Below, piece by piece: positions 35,872 through 46,700 of a DNA stretch of 64,000 nucleotides. This stretch comes from a virus. The position numbers and the translations under genes were made by a program. The stretch covers positions 54,057 through 118,056 of IMG/VR virus record IMGVR_UViG_3300034374_012521; one strand, 5' to 3'. The notes under the pieces are model-generated. The model was not told the DNA's origin, did no database searches, and saw nothing but the letters and a program-made list of their open reading frames with translations. The first letter of the stretch is position 1; the number at the start of each line of letters is the position of its first letter.

Positions 35872-36432
35872 TTACCTTTCCCTTCCAATTTCAAGATCAA
35901 GACCCAAATAGTTGCATTTGAAGCCCACATTGAAAGTGTAAACAGATGGTGTGTTTTGTGTGTAGTTCAAGTTTAGTTCGGAGAAAGAGGTTAACGTCAC
36001 CTCTTTAAACATAACGGTCGTAAGTATATTTCCCTCGTTGTCCAAGGTCCTTAGTGGCAGATTCTGAATATAGATTCCAGGGTTTTTGAAATCCAGGTAA
36101 TCCAAAACAGTTTCTAACATAATAAAATAGTTTACAAATCCCTCCGCTATTCTGAAAGATATCTGGAATTCCCTATTAAACAAATCCTGGACTGGGGTTG
36201 CACTTTGATAGTTTACCCTTTTACCAAGTTGTCTTACCTGTTCCGACAAGTCCATACTCATAGACGGGAACGTTACACTTTGTATTGTACTATTCATGTA
36301 AGAAGTTAAAGTGTCGTAGGGTGTTGGCTGCTTCTTTAAATAATCAATATACTTTTGATGAACCTCCTCTGGGAAAAAACCCTTAGGGAACACAAAATAA
36401 AAACTATTTGCTCTTGCGTTTAATATAGCCAT
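35872..36432 (-). CDS. Tail completion / tube-fold protein (T4 gp3-like)
   Basis: IQSVTFPS ... FQISFRIAEGFVNYFIM ... LRTLDNEG...VMFKEVTLTSFSEL...FNVGFKCN. Confidence 0.6.
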   Translation of the reverse strand: MAILNARANSFYFVFPKGFFPEEVHQKYIDYLKKQPTPYDTLTSYMNSTIQSVTFPSMSMDLSEQVRQLGKRVNYQSATPVQDLFNREFQISFRIAEGFVNYFIMLETVLDYLDFKNPGIYIQNLPLRTLDNEGNILTTVMFKEVTLTSFSELNLNYTQNTPSVYTFNVGFKCNYLGLDLEIGRER

Positions 36433-36963
36433 CTATGCAATTTTTTTAAAGGGGACAGTATATTCTCTCTCGTTGAACTTATTCACTGCAGAACTAACAT
36501 CATAATCCCTAAAGTGGTAAAGATCCTCATCCAACGGAGTAACTATCCCGCTCATAGTATATACTCTTCCTTTGCCATTCTCCTCAATATCTTCAACATC
36601 AAGATATGTAATTATCTTTTCCTGACCCAGAAGTTCTTTACCTAGGGCTAGGGTTTTGTTTTTCCAGGAAATATCAATAAGGAGATCGTACTTTTTACCA
36701 ATCTCAAATCCACTTATTAATCCTTTTTTAAGGTTCTTTAAATCAGTTACCCCACCAGATAAGATAATATCAACATCGAGGGTATCATATCTTTTCCCGC
36801 TTGTCCCAAAAATATTCTCACAAAACGCACCAGCTAAATACACATCATACTTTAAATCCCTGTTATGGTCAACATAGTCTTTCAGCCATAACCTGAACAG
36901 TTCCCAAGTGGGGTTTTTAAAGGGTTGATTAGAAAATTGATTTCCTCTCCTATGAAGATACAT
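36433..36963 (-). CDS. Minimal nucleotidyltransferase-like protein
   Basis: VYLAGAF ... TLDVDIIL ... LLIDI, a Pol-beta-type acidic triad. Confidence 0.5.
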   Translation of the reverse strand: MYLHRRGNQFSNQPFKNPTWELFRLWLKDYVDHNRDLKYDVYLAGAFCENIFGTSGKRYDTLDVDIILSGGVTDLKNLKKGLISGFEIGKKYDLLIDISWKNKTLALGKELLGQEKIITYLDVEDIEENGKGRVYTMSGIVTPLDEDLYHFRDYDVSSAVNKFNEREYTVPFKKIA

Positions 36964-36974
36964 TTATGACTTAC

Positions 36975-39446
36975 TTAAGATGGATCAGTTGGAAATTGAG
37001 GTCCACTGTTTGGACTACCATTGTCGCTTCCCGTTTGATTCTTATTTGATCCTTTTTGGGATCCACTTCCCCCGTTTGTTCTTCCAGAAGAAGTGTTACC
37101 ATAATTAAGGAGAAGGCTTAGATCCGCTCTGCTAAATATACCAGTTACTGCTTGTTCAAAAACTTCTTTACTAATTCCACCATAAAGCTTATACCCAGTT
37201 CCAGAAGGGTCTAAGAAATATGAAAGTATATCTGGTGTGCTCCATCCTAGTTCCATTTTTCCTTGGACGTCTGATGCAATAGCATTTCGTAGCTGAGCAG
37301 GGCTTAGGTTACTTAAATTGCTATTACTGGTTCCTGAAGTTCCCTGGGAAGATGTATTTGCCTGAGAATTAACGGATATAGATCCAAACTTTTGCCAAGA
37401 AGATTTACCTGTTATTTCCCTTTGTATTGAGGTTGAGGCTGGTGTATTAGCTGATGTTGCAGAGATGCTACTTAATCCAGTATCTGCAACTACAGTTGTC
37501 TGTGGTGCGGTTTCGTCTTCGCTTATCCAATTACCCCAATAAAGAACAGAAGATGACTTAGAAGAGATTCTAGCGGTATCCATCTTTACTGACGTATTTT
37601 GCTCTGATGCCTTAATACTTTCAGCCCTTAGCTCCGTTATCGAATCATTCAAAGAAACCGACCTTGCTGCTAACTTAGCTGATACATTACTGAGCCTAGA
37701 TACCTTGCTATTTGTATTGCCTGTATTTGCTTCAACCCTAGGTCTATTTGAGATGTAGAATTTCTTGTTGGTGAACTGTAATATCTGAGTTGCTAATGTT
37801 TCATCTATTTTGAAAGCAAGTTCACCCTTAGCTGGTTTAGCAATATTATTATCAACTATTGATGGAGCACTAACCTTTTTGTTTTGGTTATTTATAAATA
37901 CCATAGAATATTCACCAGAAGAAGAGAGATCTATATTTTTTGTAGTTCCATCATTAGCCTTCTGGAAAAAAGTAAACTTATAATAATTATCAAATGGGGA
38001 AATGGTAATATAAGCTTGACCAACACCATAAGAAATTGCTGCTGTTGCAGTTGTATCGTTTGACGTATCTTCCCTTAGAGTAGTTCCATTTACAACCAAA
38101 TTGGTAAGTGAGGTATTCACCAAAGTCCTATCTACAAAAACATTAGAATATTTAGTTATTTGCTTTGGTGTATTCCTATTACCAGAGATTGAAATATTTG
38201 CTCCCCCAGCAACCTTATTGTAAATCTTTTGCTGTTGTGGCAAAACTTGAAGTTGCAATGGTTGGATTTCAGCACCATATCTACTAACATCAGTTGAAGT
38301 ATATGTTGCAACCCTTATTAACCTTGATTGGTCCTTATTGTTTACCAGAGTCATTGTATATCTCAAAGTAAAGGAAGAAGCAACCTGTGGATATCTAACA
38401 ATTGGTCTTAAAAGATTGGGTACGTCATAGGCAGTTGTCTGTATATTGCTGAAGTTTGATGTATTCAATAAAGCACCGCCAACTTGCTCCAATGTTTCTA
38501 TTGTGTGGTTAAGGTAGTAACTATTTCCAATTGAGTTTTGGAAAAGTATAAAATCCTCAGGGAAGCCTCCATTGTCAGTTGCAAAATATTCGAAATAATC
38601 ACCCTGGTCAGATGGAGCAATATAAGCACCAATATTTTTAAAAGGATCTGTTGACTCTAAGGATAAAGAGGCTAAAAGATCGGTTCCGTAAGTATCATAA
38701 CCGTTTGTGGTAGTAGTGCTTAAAATCTCATAAGCCTTTATCCTTATAGGAGCAGCAGTTTGATATCCTTTACCACTCTTGCTGGTAAGACCGGCTAAAG
38801 TATTAGGCTTATTCGGAGAAGTAGCTGCACCATACTTGTTGTTCATATCAACAAGACTTGGTATCTTAACCTCGTAATACTTATCAAAAATATTAGATCC
38901 TATAGTAAGTGGATTAGGACTCAAAGTATATGTTTGAGAGGAACCCTTGGATAACTTTATTTGCGAGAAAGTAACATATGATCCATCCACATCTAAATAT
39001 TGTATTTGCAATACCAGACCATCAACATTATCAAGATTGTATCCTGCTAATATGTGATATCTAACTGAGTCATATACAACTTGAATATTAGAGGTAAATG
39101 TTATTTCTAAATTTGCAGTGTTGGTTAGATTCGAATTAAAGTCATTGTAAGGGACTATTAAGCTCGGATCTAAAGTTACGAATGTGTTTTGATTAGTCTG
39201 TACAACACTATTGTTTCTAGTGTTTTGTGTTACTGACTGATCTTGGTCCAAATTCATTATTTGGATGTCATCAGATGGCTGTCCATTATCATCCTCAAGA
39301 ACACCATTTACCAATTTGTTGAACCCGACAGCAGGAGATCCAGTGTTGACAAAATATGTTTCTGGATTAGGCTGATCAGCATACCGATATTCCATAACCA
39401 AATATGGGGTTAGTTGAACAAATTTTGATGTAGTTGAAAATGCCAT
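36975..39446 (-). CDS. Large virion structural protein (putative)
   Basis: 823 aa, S/T/N-rich, within the structural module. Confidence 0.6.
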   Translation of the reverse strand: MAFSTTSKFVQLTPYLVMEYRYADQPNPETYFVNTGSPAVGFNKLVNGVLEDDNGQPSDDIQIMNLDQDQSVTQNTRNNSVVQTNQNTFVTLDPSLIVPYNDFNSNLTNTANLEITFTSNIQVVYDSVRYHILAGYNLDNVDGLVLQIQYLDVDGSYVTFSQIKLSKGSSQTYTLSPNPLTIGSNIFDKYYEVKIPSLVDMNNKYGAATSPNKPNTLAGLTSKSGKGYQTAAPIRIKAYEILSTTTTNGYDTYGTDLLASLSLESTDPFKNIGAYIAPSDQGDYFEYFATDNGGFPEDFILFQNSIGNSYYLNHTIETLEQVGGALLNTSNFSNIQTTAYDVPNLLRPIVRYPQVASSFTLRYTMTLVNNKDQSRLIRVATYTSTDVSRYGAEIQPLQLQVLPQQQKIYNKVAGGANISISGNRNTPKQITKYSNVFVDRTLVNTSLTNLVVNGTTLREDTSNDTTATAAISYGVGQAYITISPFDNYYKFTFFQKANDGTTKNIDLSSSGEYSMVFINNQNKKVSAPSIVDNNIAKPAKGELAFKIDETLATQILQFTNKKFYISNRPRVEANTGNTNSKVSRLSNVSAKLAARSVSLNDSITELRAESIKASEQNTSVKMDTARISSKSSSVLYWGNWISEDETAPQTTVVADTGLSSISATSANTPASTSIQREITGKSSWQKFGSISVNSQANTSSQGTSGTSNSNLSNLSPAQLRNAIASDVQGKMELGWSTPDILSYFLDPSGTGYKLYGGISKEVFEQAVTGIFSRADLSLLLNYGNTSSGRTNGGSGSQKGSNKNQTGSDNGSPNSGPQFPTDPS

Positions 39447-39457
39447 TTTATCTTTCT

Positions 39458-40273
39458 TTATTTACCAAATTGCAAGAATTTTGGAGAGTAGTGTAAGCCT
39501 ATACCAATAACAGGACCTGCTTGGTAACCGTTAGTCGTGAAAACCATACCATATCCTACATTAACACCAATACCGAAGGGCTTTCTGGCCCCTCTTAGAG
39601 CTTTTCGAGTTCCCGGATCATCTACCATATCTAAAGCATTTATATCATTAAAAGATATTCCTGGAAATGTAGTAGATGCTCTAACAAAAAGTCTACCGGT
39701 TTTCGGATCCCTATATAAACCTGTCACAAGATCTATCCTTTGCTCAATAGAAAGGTTAGCATAACCAGGTACAATTAAGATCCTTTCATCACCGTTGAAA
39801 ATGGTGTCCTTTGTTGTGTAAGGTAATATTCCATTAACAGCCAATCTGTTATTACCAGGAAGGTCTGGGTCATACGAGAATTTAAGCAAATTTGTGCTAT
39901 CACCAATTTCACTTTGAACTGGGACTAGAATAGTGGTATCCCTGTAAACAATACGTGTCTCTATAACTACACCAGGTTTTCTATTCCTAGCAAGCTCTAG
40001 TTGCTTAATTAATTCTTCTTGGTCCTTAGAGAGTTCGTTGTACTTAAGTTGAAAAGAAGCCTTTTCTGCTAATGCATTACCTAGTTTGGAGGAAATTTTT
40101 CGAACAGTATCTTGTTCAGCCAGAAGATTGTTCATGTTCCTTTCAGCCTCCCTTTTAGCATCCTGAGCTACGTTACACTGCCTTAGAAGCATAAAAGATA
40201 AAACGACTATAGCAACTACAGGGAAATATCTGTTGTTTAATAGGGCCAATATTTTACCTATTGCTGGTGTCAT
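39458..40273 (-). CDS. Membrane-anchored coiled-coil protein, possibly spanin-like
   Basis: N-terminal TM helix ending LLRQC, coiled coil, C-terminal amphipathic beta hairpin FGIGVNVGYG...GPVIGIGLHY. Confidence 0.5.
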   Translation of the reverse strand: MTPAIGKILALLNNRYFPVVAIVVLSFMLLRQCNVAQDAKREAERNMNNLLAEQDTVRKISSKLGNALAEKASFQLKYNELSKDQEELIKQLELARNRKPGVVIETRIVYRDTTILVPVQSEIGDSTNLLKFSYDPDLPGNNRLAVNGILPYTTKDTIFNGDERILIVPGYANLSIEQRIDLVTGLYRDPKTGRLFVRASTTFPGISFNDINALDMVDDPGTRKALRGARKPFGIGVNVGYGMVFTTNGYQAGPVIGIGLHYSPKFLQFGK

Positions 40274-40506
40274 TGCATATAAATTAGTTTAAATGGATCG
40301 AGTGTTCCCTCCCCATATTTTTCTTTCAGGTTGCCAATAAATTTGGATTCCTGGTCTCTTAATTCCTCTAATTCCCTAATTAGTGTACCTGCCTTTGTAT
40401 TTAAAATATCCATCTCGGACTGTACAGATTCAATCTCTGCCCTAACCGAAGAAAATCTATCCTTCAGAAGACTGGCTTTTTCTTTCTCTTTTCTTGTTAA
40501 TTCCAT
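40270..40506 (-). CDS. Small coiled-coil protein
   Basis: Heptad pattern, LKEKYGEGTLDP; GATAAATA at 40515-40522. Confidence 0.65.
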   Translation of the reverse strand: MELTRKEKEKASLLKDRFSSVRAEIESVQSEMDILNTKAGTLIRELEELRDQESKFIGNLKEKYGEGTLDPFKLIYMQ

Positions 40507-40560
40507 CTTAGTTATATTTATCCGACATCTTTATTAGTTAAAAACATTAAGGACCCAACC

Positions 40561-42147
40561 CTATAACCCTAGGAAGCCGCCGCCGGGGCCGGGGCCAACA
40601 TCAGTAGCCGCCGCAACTGTATATGTAATCTGGCCACATTTATAATTGTCATCAGAAAATGCTTCGTAATGAAATTTCTCAGTGACGCTCGAGGGGAAGA
40701 ATGTAATTCTAATATGCTGGCATCCTGCTTCTCCAGCAGCGTTATCGTCTATATAAACTCTGGTTGTAGAACCAAATCCAGAATCAGGAAGAACCCTTAT
40801 TCCGCCAAAGGAATATGCAGAGCTATTTATAAAGAAGTCAAACGTTCTGCTCTGTCCGGCATTTACTAGGCCGCTAGCCCAAGAAAAGTTACTACCTAAG
40901 GACAGCATTATTCGATTAGTCTTTCCATTAGCAGTTGGAATGGATGCTATTAAAAGAGGAGGAATAATAACACACACATCATTTGTAGGGTTACCACAAT
41001 TTACGTAAGAGTCCGTCCCATCGGACAAGAAGCTTTGAGAAGTAGTGGTAATTCCTTTGACCTTTTTAAGTCCTGTTGCTCCGACAGAGCCAAATACAAA
41101 TTTATTTGTTCTTTCAGATTTAATTAAATCCTGGTCCGTAGTGTTTAATATCTGCAGAAGCTCATCGGAGGTTTCAGAGGATGCAGTAACATTTATTCCA
41201 GATCCAGATCCAGAGATACTTACCAACGGAATATATGGGGTAACTGGAGCTGCAATATATCCAGTCCCCCCAGGATTTGAAAGGGTAGCAGAAAATGACG
41301 AAGATGACAAATTAACCAGCGACGAGGAAAGGCTTAAAACACCAGGGGTTGAAAGAGAATAAGCACCACTTGTTCCAGTTGCCGCAGTAAAGTTAACAAA
41401 GCTTTGTGACGAACCCACCACGTTTTGGTTGGAAGTTGACAGAGTCATATTACCTCCAGTAGCAGAATAGTTGGAGGAAATTCCACTTTGCATCCTTATT
41501 TCGTTAGGAAATGTCCATCGATGATTGTAAGAACCTCCAGTTGCTGCCCATTTCATCGAAACTATCTTTCCTGGCGATTGGGTTAAAAACGTTTTTGCAA
41601 AGCCCAAAACTGGAAAGTCAGCAGTTTGTGATGTATCAGTTGAAACCAAAACTTTAGCAAAGTTTGGATTCATTGAAGATGTTGCTCCAGTAGAATCTGA
41701 CAGCACCAAAGTTTTATCTCCCTGGCTACCATTAATGTAAATGGCATTACTCGAGGTTGAATTACCAGGTCCAGATATTCCAGTAATTGTAGAAAATACA
41801 CCGGAAGAAAGAAGTGTTTGTCCACTATTGACCCAAGCTCCTGAAGTATAAATGTAAACCTGTTGGCCTCCAGTAACCCCTATATTAATCCAGATATCTC
41901 CATTCTGAGATACAGAATCACTTGGCTCGGTAGAGGAGAAAAACCAATCAGCAGCTCTTTCGCCAGTTGCACCTGCTTCACCATCTCTCCCAGCTTGACC
42001 TCTAATACCAGTAGTACCAACATAGCCAACAGGACCCTTTTCACCGACACCATTGAAAAATACCTGATAAAAATTGTGATTTATCTTATTGATGATGGTA
42101 TCCTTGTCATCTCCAGGTAATATGTATTTTGTATTAAAATCTGCCAT
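40561..42147 (-). CDS. Tail fibre-like protein with short collagen domain
   Basis: GD...KINHNF N-terminal motif; 10 G-X-Y triplets (aa 35-64); paralogue of 42156..43688. Confidence 0.75.
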   Translation of the reverse strand: MADFNTKYILPGDDKDTIINKINHNFYQVFFNGVGEKGPVGYVGTTGIRGQAGRDGEAGATGERAADWFFSSTEPSDSVSQNGDIWINIGVTGGQQVYIYTSGAWVNSGQTLLSSGVFSTITGISGPGNSTSSNAIYINGSQGDKTLVLSDSTGATSSMNPNFAKVLVSTDTSQTADFPVLGFAKTFLTQSPGKIVSMKWAATGGSYNHRWTFPNEIRMQSGISSNYSATGGNMTLSTSNQNVVGSSQSFVNFTAATGTSGAYSLSTPGVLSLSSSLVNLSSSSFSATLSNPGGTGYIAAPVTPYIPLVSISGSGSGINVTASSETSDELLQILNTTDQDLIKSERTNKFVFGSVGATGLKKVKGITTTSQSFLSDGTDSYVNCGNPTNDVCVIIPPLLIASIPTANGKTNRIMLSLGSNFSWASGLVNAGQSRTFDFFINSSAYSFGGIRVLPDSGFGSTTRVYIDDNAAGEAGCQHIRITFFPSSVTEKFHYEAFSDDNYKCGQITYTVAAATDVGPGPGGGFLGL

Positions 42148-42155
42148 CTCCTATA

Positions 42156-43688
42156 TTAGAATAAAACTCCACATTCTCCAGCACATGTAGACCAATAACA
42201 TTTATAAGTTGAACCGACATTCATATGAGTAACCTCTACCCGGCTAGCAGAGGTTGAGAACTCAGTAAACGAACTTGGAGGACTACCGGCAAAATATGTT
42301 ATACCATTGAAAAGCTTTCCACTGGCAGCATAATAAACCAAGGTAATAGACTCGTTATTTGAAAGCCACTCTCCCCAATTGGTTGGGTTGTTATTAACAT
42401 TATCTACGTATATTACACGCTTGTTAGATGTCGTCCAATTAGCATACATATTATTCCCAGGACCAAAATCATATATTGTAACAAATGAGCTGTGAGTACC
42501 AGAAACCGGTCCATAACACCAAAGATCACAATCAACTCCCAAGGGGGATAAAGTGGACGTTAAACTACGACCAGTTCCAGTCGGACCATCATCTGATGGT
42601 GTGCTGCTAGCAGTATTATTAGTAGCATTAACTTGTCTTTGGAATGTTACTTTACCATCATTTCTAACACTAAATCTTTCAGTATTAGCACTTAATAGCC
42701 TTAGAAGATAGTACGAAGAAGAAGAGGAAGTAGACTGAATTTTTAGAGTGTCCCCAGAACCACTACTAAGAAGACTAAGGAGTGGGGATTGGGATGTCAC
42801 GCCGCTTATGGTCATAGGAACATTAAGAGCCAACAATGACGATGTTAAATTAAATTTCTGAGAAGAAAAAGTCATTAAGGATGTTCCAGAAGAGAATGAC
42901 ATTGCACCAGTTGAGGTGAAAGTCATTTGAGAACCCGATGTGATATTTAATCCACCATTACCAGAGATGTTAAGGGTAGAAGAAGTCGACTGCAAAAGCA
43001 TACTTCCTCCAGAGGTTACTGTAAAATCATCTTGTGGTACAGAGAAAAGAAGGTCATAATTACTACCAGAAGGGTCTAACCACCTAAATTGCGGGTGCCT
43101 ATTATAATCAGCTGGAGTACCAATTCCACCAACGTTAGTTTTGGAGAATTCCAAAATTGGATAATCGTTGCTTCCGTTGGATGAAATCAGAAACTTAGCA
43201 TAAGTTGGGTTTATAGTTGAAGTTGCAGCTGCAGAATCGCTAATTACCAGTGTATTAAGTTCTGGGAAAGGACTGCTTATAACTATTGCATCCTTTCCAC
43301 CAGTTGGACCAGAAATACCGGATACAACCTCAAATACCTCAGAAGCTTTTAGGTTTTGTCCAGTATCGATCCATCCGGAATCGGTATATTCATAAATAGA
43401 GTTATTAGAAAGTGTTTGAACCCAATAATCTCCAACTCTAATGGGATCACTTGGACCCCCAATAGGTTCTGCTCCTTGAACAAACCATTTAGTTCCTCTT
43501 ATCCCTTCTTGCCCAGGGTCTCCCTTGGGTCCAGCCGGACCAATAGGACCTTGCTTTCCCTGGTCACCTTGCTGTCCCTGAGGTCCACCACCAGCCGCCA
43601 CTACCGAGTCAAAGTTTGAGTTTACCTTTTCCCTAATAGACTCCTGTGTATCACCAGCATTTAAAGCTTTTATGTTCAGATTCGGCAT
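42156..43688 (-). CDS. Tail fibre-like protein with short collagen domain
   Basis: GD...KVNSNF motif; 11 G-X-Y triplets (aa 35-67). Confidence 0.75.
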   Translation of the reverse strand: MPNLNIKALNAGDTQESIREKVNSNFDSVVAAGGGPQGQQGDQGKQGPIGPAGPKGDPGQEGIRGTKWFVQGAEPIGGPSDPIRVGDYWVQTLSNNSIYEYTDSGWIDTGQNLKASEVFEVVSGISGPTGGKDAIVISSPFPELNTLVISDSAAATSTINPTYAKFLISSNGSNDYPILEFSKTNVGGIGTPADYNRHPQFRWLDPSGSNYDLLFSVPQDDFTVTSGGSMLLQSTSSTLNISGNGGLNITSGSQMTFTSTGAMSFSSGTSLMTFSSQKFNLTSSLLALNVPMTISGVTSQSPLLSLLSSGSGDTLKIQSTSSSSSYYLLRLLSANTERFSVRNDGKVTFQRQVNATNNTASSTPSDDGPTGTGRSLTSTLSPLGVDCDLWCYGPVSGTHSSFVTIYDFGPGNNMYANWTTSNKRVIYVDNVNNNPTNWGEWLSNNESITLVYYAASGKLFNGITYFAGSPPSSFTEFSTSASRVEVTHMNVGSTYKCYWSTCAGECGVLF

Positions 43689-43733
43689 TTTTTTCTTTTA
43701 TCTTTGTTTATATATTACAATATCTCTAATCCC

Positions 43734-46700
43734 CTATATTTTTTCAATCTGGAAAGTGAAGGTTGTTGAATAGTTTTTACCACTTTCTAATGGAAGCTCA
43801 AAAGAATAAGAAAGGGCATTTCTTTTTGTAAGCTTATAGTTAGGCTCCGAGTAATATGAATATCTAATTCTATCAGGGCTAGTTAAGTCACCTCTTAACA
43901 ATAATTCAGTAGAGGTTAGGTCTGTTCCTGTCTTTTTGACAAATAGGTCAAAAGTTATACCTTGATAAATAGGAACTATATTTTTATCTATATAAGTTTT
44001 GATGTCATCGTTGATACTCTCTGGGTCTCCAACACCAAATTCACTTATAATATTGTCTACAAACACCTTACTAATCCCAGCATTTAGCAAATATCTTCTA
44101 AGGATTCTGTCTAATCTAATAGATCCATAAAGGGTATTAGTTCTAGTATCTTTTTGCCAGAAAACTTCCACATCTGGATAAATCCCCTCGTCAAAAACTT
44201 GAAGGTCGACGTTTGAAAATACTGTCCCTAGCTGACCAATTCCAGTATTAGATGTTTGTGGGGTTATATTTTGGATTTCACTTAAAGCCTGCTTTGCCTC
44301 AAGGTTAATCTTTTGCACATCAGTTTCACCAGTGGTTCTATTAACCTCCAATGTTATAAAGGTATAAGTAGTAATGGTATAAGGGGTTTGCATCATTTTA
44401 GAACCAAGGAATGATTTATTCTCCCTCATAGATCTGGTTCCAGCAACCGGGGAATTTTGTGTAGCAGAAGTGTAAAGATTAAAATACCCAGGATCCCATG
44501 TTGACAAAAATATAGAAAAGTTCTTCTTTGCAACTGGTGTTTCACCAACAAGAGGATATACTGGACCAAGCGGAAGATTTGCTGATTTTTCAAGTATATT
44601 CTTGCCAAGAGAAACCTTACTATAATTTAGATTCTTTACAGTACCGAAATCTATTTTTTCGGGGGCAAATGTACAGTTTCGGTAACTCAAGTCAGCAGAA
44701 GAATAACCAGAAATAGTATCAGTTTTATCATTCTTATACCTAATAACCTTATTAAAAAGTGGTTCGTATTTACCAGCATATCTTAAAATGTCAGCAGCAT
44801 AATTAGGACCAGCATTTATTTGGTACCCGGTAGGCTGGTTCTGTCCCAAAGTTTGTGGGCCAGAGTAATCAGCAACAGGGTAGGTTCCAGTTGATCTATG
44901 AAGAGCTGTTGGCTGCTGCATATAGATCTGGAAATAATCGCTTCGTACCTCAGTTGTCTGCGTATCCGCATTCCATGAATATGTACGGTATTTAATATAA
45001 GGGCTTTCGTTATTTACACGATCTGAGATCTGGGAAAGCGAAATTCTTCTAATTAGAAAATCAAAGTATTTTTCGCCACCCTCTTCCTGGAAAACCGGAT
45101 AATCAGCATAAGCACTTCTAGGTCCTACTGGAATAGTAACCGGGGATCCGAATGCGAAAGGAATATCAAAAGTGTAATTAGTTCCAACCGGACCGAATGA
45201 TGCTAAATTCTTAGATCTACCAACCGGCCAAGGATATGTTGAGTTAATCGAAGGAACCCTAAAACTTCCCTTTCCTGTTGGAGATAAAGATCCGGTACCA
45301 CCTACAGGATAGATTGTATTGATCTCCTCTCTCAGGTCAGTGTCATAATCTGGATTTGGTATTGTGTAAATAAAACCAGGATTTGTAAACTGAGTAACAG
45401 AACTTTCAGATGTGATAGAAAGATCCAAGGCGGAACTTAGCTTTATATCATCTATCTCATATAAAGGAATTCCAGTTGCTCCTGTAGTACCTGTTACACC
45501 AACACCAGAATCCTTCTTTTTGTCGCTCAAGCTATAAAGCAATAGATAATCAACTGAAGGATTTCCTCCGGTTCCTCCAGTATAGCCAAGGGGTAAAGCA
45601 CGATAGTCTTTTACTACTATCTGACAAACAAATAAGACAGACTTTTGTTGGGTATTCTCAACAATCTCATAACTTACAGGAGACTGGATAGTGTTACCCG
45701 TTTCTGGAACCACCCTTAACACGGAAGCAAATTTATAGTCTTCAAACCCCCTAAAATTGGGTACATATTTTTCAAGATCCGTTTTCGGATTAGTAACTGT
45801 GCTTCTTCTTCTCAAAGAAATCTTTGCCCCCCTAAATACAGTATCATAAAATCCAGTAGATCTATTGTACGTAAACGGGGTAAATAATTCTTTAGTAGTA
45901 TTACTAGCTATATTATAAGGACTTGAATAATCAGCAGGTTCTACAGTGAAGAATGAAGAAAAATATAAACTGTCATCCGGGTCTGCACTTCTTACCTTTG
46001 ATAAATCAATCTTTGCTGGAAGATAGCTATTTTGACTTTCTATCTTATCACTAGGATATCCGTCTGGAACACCTTCCAATAGCATCCACTCATGAGTTAA
46101 ATACATTGGATCTGGAGTTTCCTTCTCGAAGCTAGGAGAAAAATTGGTTGGGCTGAAAGCTGCAGAAGCATTCAATCTGTAGCCGTGGCCTCTTGAATCG
46201 GTTCCGCCAAAGTATCCCCACTTATTAATAAAAGGAACTATCTTAGATCGGTTAGCCCTGGAAGTGGTATAGTTTTCTTCCAGGTAATCATATTCAGTTT
46301 CAAGCTTACCGTAATTGAAAATAAACCCCTTAGTGTTTGATTGTGTTACAGCCTGTGTTTCACTAATAGATTGAATTCCGAAGAAACCATCGAAAGAATC
46401 TAAATTCTTTTCAAAATTTATTAGCTTTGAATTATAAGAAGCTGAAGGATCTTTCCATTGTATTTGTGTAAAAATAGCTGGAACAACTATCGATTCAACA
46501 CCAGTGTTTGTAAACCCGCTATCTATAAAGAAATCTACAGTGGACCCTACGAAAGCCCTTCCCGCAGGCAGGGTTCTTTCATTCACAGTACCAACATCCA
46601 CTACAACTTCACCAGACTTAACCAGGTATTTTACACCATCCTTAATTTGTCCTTTGATTTCAGGTATAAGCTGAAAATATCTATGGAACTCTGGAGTAGG

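Noticed and set aside
35872-36963. Possible TAG recoding or readthrough fusing 36433..36963 to the in-frame gp3-like gene
   Set aside because: Conserved genes and ORFs up to 1842 aa are intact under code 11, and TAG ends several genes at sensible positions; no sign of genome-wide recoding.
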